Positions 34,489 through 38,183 of a DNA stretch of 38,183 nt are shown piece by piece. Below the pieces are notes generated by a model, which was given only the letters and a program-made list of their open reading frames with translations, was not told the DNA's origin and did not search any database. This DNA is from Candidatus Moranbacteria bacterium CG23_combo_of_CG06-09_8_20_14_all_35_22. Lineage in GTDB: Bacteria; Patescibacteriota; Minisyncoccia; Moranbacterales; UBA2206. The stretch is taken from assembly GCA_002772115.1 (NCBI GenBank), contig PCRW01000068.1:1-38183 (forward strand), in the 5' to 3' direction. The translations under genes and the position numbers were made by a program. Every line of letters begins with the position of its first letter. The stretch's first letter is position 1.

Positions 34489-35643
34489 TCATTTTTTCTT
34501 CACGCTTAAACTTTTGGTTTCTTTGTTGAGAACTTTGGCTTTTTCAATTTCCTTTTTGGCATCAAATGGTAAGACACCCAGAATATTTCGCAGTGCAATG
34601 CCATCTACTTTCAACACATCTTCCCAATGATCAAGTGGTTCCAAAACTTCACGGAGTTTTTTCTCGTCATATTTATAAGTTTTGCGAAGTGACCTCGCAA
34701 TGACGCCTTGTGGCCCAAAAACTCGCTCCACGCCTTCTTGATCCATATAACTCAAGATATCCTCTTGCAGTTTTGCTAAACGATCTTTGGTAATATTTAT
34801 CGCTGATTTCAAATCTATGTATTCTTCGATAGATTTGTTAATTTCTTCTGTGTCGATGTGACGCAGTTCTTTGAATTTATGTTTCCACATTGGGCAAAGA
34901 TTTTGGTATCCGCACCAATCGCAAAGAGGGGACATAGTCGGCTCAAAATTACCAGCCTCAATGACTTTTATAGTGTCTAAAAAGAGTTGTTCACTTTTTT
35001 TCAATTGTTCTAAGGTTCTTGTGGCGGATAATTTCATGCCATGTTTCAAATAATATAAGCTAACTTTTATTTTATCTAAATTTTGAATTTCTTTGGGATA
35101 ATTAGAAAGAAATGCTTGCAGATAAACAGAGAGTTGAATGTCGTTGTCAACTTTTTCTTGATTAGGCATTTTCTTGGTAGTTTTATAATCAATAATTTCA
35201 AAACCATCGTCAGTTTTGTCTATGCGGTCGATGATGCCAGAGATGATATGTCTTTCTTGGGCTTGCCCCGCGGTCGCCGTAGGTGACTTTGCGGGGCCTA
35301 TTTCAATTTGAAAACGGGATTCCAAATTGATAATATTAAAATCAGCCGGATTATTTTTTTGATAATAATCTTGAATAATTTTGACGCCTTGGGAAAAGGC
35401 GGCACGCTCCTCAGTTTCTCCGTCGAAAACTGCTGGGTTCCAGGAATTTCCAAAATGTTCCATAGCTTGATCCAAAGTAGGGGAGAGAATTCCCGGTGTA
35501 TGGATAAATTTCATTGTTTCATGAATTGTCGAGCCAAAAACCGCCTCCTTGGATTTAGGAACTTTAATTCGATCAATATTTTGAAATTTATATTTCAGCG
35601 GGCAATTCTGATAGGCATCAAAAGCACTGTAGGATATACGCAT
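34489..35643 (-). CDS. PD-(D/E)XK nuclease, Cas4/AddB-like with a 4-Cys cluster
   Basis: N-terminal SAFDAYQNCPLKYKF. Nuclease core GIIDRID ... EIIDYKT. CDWCGYQNLCP, together with the N-terminal Cys, fits an Fe-S staple. A C-terminal extension of about 130 aa follows. Confidence 0.75.
   Translation of the reverse strand: MRISYSAFDAYQNCPLKYKFQNIDRIKVPKSKEAVFGSTIHETMKFIHTPGILSPTLDQAMEHFGNSWNPAVFDGETEERAAFSQGVKIIQDYYQKNNPADFNIINLESRFQIEIGPAKSPTATAGQAQERHIISGIIDRIDKTDDGFEIIDYKTTKKMPNQEKVDNDIQLSVYLQAFLSNYPKEIQNLDKIKVSLYYLKHGMKLSATRTLEQLKKSEQLFLDTIKVIEAGNFEPTMSPLCDWCGYQNLCPMWKHKFKELRHIDTEEINKSIEEYIDLKSAINITKDRLAKLQEDILSYMDQEGVERVFGPQGVIARSLRKTYKYDEKKLREVLEPLDHWEDVLKVDGIALRNILGVLPFDAKKEIEKAKVLNKETKSLSVKKK
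35266..35296. repeat. GC-rich hairpin in-frame in the nuclease CDS
   Basis: ccccgc-ggtcgccgtaggtgacttt-gcgggg. It encodes ...AKSPTATAGQAQ... in an otherwise AT-rich gene. Confidence 0.7.
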
Positions 35644-35653
35644 AAGAAATAAA

Positions 35654-35712
35654 TTGTCATCCTGAATTTATTTCAGGATCTCAAGAGATGCTGAAACAAG
35701 TTCAGCATGACA
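35654..35712. repeat. Right inverted-repeat arm plus a second related palindrome, enclosed by a 7-bp outer stem (double-hairpin module)
   Basis: ttgtcat-cctgaatttatttcagg-atctcaagag-atgctgaaacaagttcagcat-gacaa. Both inner palindromes share CTGAA-N5-TTCAG. Confidence 0.8.
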
Positions 35713-35748
35713 ATAAAATAATGATTTTATGAATGTAGTATATCACTG

Positions 35749-35776
35749 TTGACAAATTATTTCAAAAGAGTAATAT
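35749..35776 (+). promoter_or_regulatory. Candidate sigma70-type promoter of the Rrf2 regulator gene
   Basis: TTGACA (35749-54), a 16-nt spacer, then TAATAT (35771-76). It lies about 30 nt upstream of the ATG at 35808. Confidence 0.45.
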
Positions 35777-35807
35777 TAAAGCATACTAAATTAGTAGGAA
35801 TAAGCAA

Positions 35808-36206
35808 ATGTTAAATTTTTCAACAAAAGGGGAATATGGGCTTCGGGCGATGGTTAATTTGGCGCACAATTATCCTCAAATTAGAAATATAAAAAAAATA
35901 TCCAACGAAGAAAAAATTTCCACTAAATACTTGGAAAGGCTAATTAGTGACCTAAGAAAAAATAATTTGGTCAAAAGTATCAAAGGAAAAAATGGTGGTT
36001 ATGTTTTAGCTAAAAAACCGAAAGAAATTTCTGCGGGGGAGATTATTGAAATTATGGAAGGACCAATGACAGCTAAATGCCAAGGGATACATTGCTCGGC
36101 GATGAAGAAATGTCCTTCCAGTTTTGTGTGGATAAAGTTAGGCGAACAAATAAGGAAGACTTTATATGGAATAAGATTGAGTGATTTAATTCACCCTATA
36201 AAATAA
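35808..36206 (+). CDS. Rrf2-family (IscR/NsrR-like) Fe-S-sensing transcriptional regulator
   Basis: STKGEYGLRAMVNLA winged-helix N-terminus. Three clustered Cys (CQGIHCSAMKKC). Confidence 0.85.
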   Translation: MLNFSTKGEYGLRAMVNLAHNYPQIRNIKKISNEEKISTKYLERLISDLRKNNLVKSIKGKNGGYVLAKKPKEISAGEIIEIMEGPMTAKCQGIHCSAMKKCPSSFVWIKLGEQIRKTLYGIRLSDLIHPIK

Positions 36207-36224
36207 TAATGTTATAAATTTATA

Positions 36225-36254
36225 TTACTACCGTATTCTAGTATACGGTAGTAA
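36225..36254. promoter_or_regulatory. Perfect 12-bp inverted repeat (6-nt spacer) between the Rrf2 gene and nifS: candidate operator or attenuator hairpin
   Basis: ttactaccgtat-tctagt-atacggtagtaa, followed by the direct repeat aagaatattt(t)aaa x2. Confidence 0.5.
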
Positions 36255-36284
36255 GAATATTTTAAATAAGAATATTTAAAAACT

Positions 36285-37499
36285 ATGACAAAAAAAACAA
36301 TTTATCTAGATCACGCAGCAACAACAGCGGTCGACAAAAAAGTATTACAAGAAATGATGCCATATTTTAGTGATAAATATGGTAATGCTTCATCGCTTCA
36401 TTATTTTGGTCAAGAAGCCTCGCAGGCAGTGGAAAAAGCCAGAATACAAGTGGCTAAATATTTCAATGCTAATTTGAACGAAATTATTTTTACTAGCGGA
36501 GCAACTGAATCAAACAATCTTGTCATCAAGGGGGTTGTGAAAGCGTATTATAAAAAAGAAAAAAAGAAACCCCATATCATCACCACGGCTTTTGAGCATC
36601 ATTGTGTGTTAAATGCGGTAAAAAATTTAGAAAAAGAAAATTTAGTTGAGGCAACTTTCATCAATCCAAAAAAAGATGGCGTCATAAGTGTTGCGGATAT
36701 AAAAAATGCAATCAAGTCAAATACAATCTTGATTTCTGTGATGTATGTGAATAATGAAATTGGTACGGTGCAACCGATTGCCGAAATCGGAAAAATAATC
36801 CAAAAAAATAATCCAAAAATAATTTTCCACACTGATGCAACGCAGGCGGTAAATTATTTTGATTGTAATGTCGAAAAATTGGGAGTGGATTTGCTTTCAA
36901 TGTCTGCACATAAAATATATGGACCAAAAGGAGTAGGGGTTTTATATATTAAAAAAGGGCTTATTATAGCCAAAATTCAAGATGGTGGAGCGCAAGAATT
37001 TGGACTGCGCGCAGGAACAATTAATACCTCGGGAATTGTCGGACTAGGCAGTGCGATATCAATGATCAAAGATCAAAGAACAACGAACAATGAAAAAATT
37101 AAAAAGCTACGAGATTATTTAATCGCAAAAGTTTTAAAAGAAATCCCGGATTCAAGATTGAATGGTTCAAAAATAAAAAGATCACCAAACAATGTGAATG
37201 TAAATTTTTCGCGAGTAGAAGGGGAGAGCTTGCTTATGATGCTCTCGTCAGAAGGAATTTTTGCTTCGACGGGTTCAGCTTGTTCATCCGGTTCACTTTC
37301 TCCGTCGCATGTGCTTTTGTCACTTGGACTGAAACCAGAAGAAACTCATGGCTCACTGCGATTGACACTTGGGAAAAACACCACCAAAAAAGAAGTTGAT
37401 TACGCCGTGAAGGTAATTAAAAGATCAGTAGAAAAATTGAGAAAAGTTTCGGGGAGTGTACTCAAGGATTATTATAAGAACATGAAACATAAAGCATAA
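36285..37499 (+). CDS. nifS: Cysteine desulfurase (NifS/IscS class)
   Basis: IYLDHAATT. PLP lysine in SMSAHKIYGPKG. Catalytic-loop Cys in SSGSACSSGS. Confidence 0.9.
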   Translation: MTKKTIYLDHAATTAVDKKVLQEMMPYFSDKYGNASSLHYFGQEASQAVEKARIQVAKYFNANLNEIIFTSGATESNNLVIKGVVKAYYKKEKKKPHIITTAFEHHCVLNAVKNLEKENLVEATFINPKKDGVISVADIKNAIKSNTILISVMYVNNEIGTVQPIAEIGKIIQKNNPKIIFHTDATQAVNYFDCNVEKLGVDLLSMSAHKIYGPKGVGVLYIKKGLIIAKIQDGGAQEFGLRAGTINTSGIVGLGSAISMIKDQRTTNNEKIKKLRDYLIAKVLKEIPDSRLNGSKIKRSPNNVNVNFSRVEGESLLMMLSSEGIFASTGSACSSGSLSPSHVLLSLGLKPEETHGSLRLTLGKNTTKKEVDYAVKVIKRSVEKLRKVSGSVLKDYYKNMKHKA

Positions 37500-37542
37500 A
37501 ACATGAAACAAGATTCTAAATCAGGATTTTGAAATAAAACTT

Positions 37543-37570
37543 GTTACATGTTATATGTTACATGTTATAT
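37543..37570. repeat. Tandem 14-nt repeat immediately upstream of nifU
   Basis: gttacatgttatat x2. Its reverse complement (aacatgtaac) resembles the two forward aacatgaaaca boxes at 37479 and 37500. Confidence 0.7.
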
Positions 37571-37578
37571 GAAAAAAT

Positions 37579-37965
37579 ATGTATTCAAAAAAAGTTCTAG
37601 AACATTTTACCCGGCCACATAATCAGGGCGTGATAAAAAATCCATCAGGAGTTGGGATGGTTGGCAATCCAACTTGTGGTGATATGATGAAAATTTATAT
37701 CAAGGTAAAAAAAGATGTCAAAAAGAGGGAAGTGATAAGTGATATTAAATTTGAGACATTAGGATGCGCTAGCGCGATTGCGACCTCATCTATGATCACG
37801 GATTTGGCAAAAAACAAGACTTTGGAAGAAGCATCGAAGATTACCAGAAATGATGTGGCAGAAGCCTTGGAAGGTTTGCCACCAATAAAAATGCATTGTT
37901 CAAATTTAGCAGCCGACAGTCTTAGGGAGGCGATAAAGGATTATCAAAAGAAAAAAAAACAATAG
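37579..37965 (+). CDS. nifU: Fe-S cluster scaffold protein (NifU N-terminal / IscU type)
   Basis: Three ligand Cys in GNPTCGDMM, LGCASAIATSS and MHCSNLA. Confidence 0.9.
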   Translation: MYSKKVLEHFTRPHNQGVIKNPSGVGMVGNPTCGDMMKIYIKVKKDVKKREVISDIKFETLGCASAIATSSMITDLAKNKTLEEASKITRNDVAEALEGLPPIKMHCSNLAADSLREAIKDYQKKKKQ

Positions 37966-38183
37966 AAAATTTGAATACTGTTTAATTTTTTTAGATATTT
38001 TAAAGCTACTAATTGAAAGCAGTTTTATTATTAAAGGGGAGTATTAAAGACAAATATGTATAGTGTCGCACATTATATCTTTCGCGACACTGCACTAATT
38101 TCAATAAAATAGACTCGTTGCTTAATAACAGTGCTTTCGCACAGAATCATCCTAATGATTCTGGAATGATCAGCTCGTAGAAT

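Noticed and set aside
34489-35643. The nuclease gene as part of a defence island, prophage or CRISPR-Cas locus.
   Set aside because: Its neighbours are housekeeping or membrane genes. No integrase, methylase, cas, toxin-antitoxin or phage genes are seen in the window.
412-37000. About 45 short ORFs (60-140 aa) on the six-frame track are nested inside, or antisense to, the large genes. Examples are 412-621, 1485-1703, 3011-3271, 5432-5731, 14664-14963, 19485-19901, 22342-22677, 22898-23266 and 35308-35652.
   Set aside because: Each lies wholly within a longer ORF that has clear family motifs. Their translations are low-complexity, as expected from AT-rich antisense frames. None shows a recognisable domain.
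37966-38183. A possible tRNA or ncRNA in the terminal non-coding 218 nt, which has the hairpins gtgtcgc...gcgacac and cagaatcat-ccta-atgattctg.
   Set aside because: There is no cloverleaf, T-loop or other recognisable motif. The region is truncated by the window edge and too little is visible to support a call.

Overview
This is an AT-rich, gene-dense bacterial window. About 36 real CDSs are tightly packed or overlapping. The gene content and style fit a small-genome CPR/Patescibacteria-like organism, which is an inference, not proof.

Positions 152-28007 form one very large cell-envelope glycan locus. It holds three membrane-anchored metallophosphoesterase paralogues, a GT4::flippase-like fusion, and four ArnT/PMT-like GT-C membrane glycosyltransferases, three of them tandem paralogues. 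It also holds another large polytopic membrane protein, a Dpm1/GtrB-like GT2, five further GT4/GT2 enzymes, a Wzx-like flippase, an O-antigen-ligase-like protein and an LCP protein. A divergent RtcB-like protein and a Tmk-like P-loop protein are embedded in one overlapping operon in this locus.

Positions 28032-37965 are housekeeping genes: ctpA, rplI, pyrG, rpmA, archaeal-type pyrH, a Cas4/AddB-like PD-(D/E)XK nuclease, and Rrf2-NifS-NifU. A GC-rich, highly structured intergenic island of about 300 nt (16440-16745) is almost certainly an ncRNA. It carries RNase P-like motifs on the minus strand, but its class is unconfirmed.

The most unusual signal is a population of short palindromic and nested-palindromic (double-hairpin) elements. 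Many sit in-frame inside coding genes and one supplies a stop codon. Alongside them are 109-nt direct repeats bracketing the GT2 gene, 25-bp inverted repeats bracketing the nuclease gene, and CG-containing heptamer (TACGAAT) arrays in several spacers.

No CRISPR array, tRNA, rRNA, integrase or transposase was seen. Repeat coordinates were located by hand and may be off by 1-2 nt.
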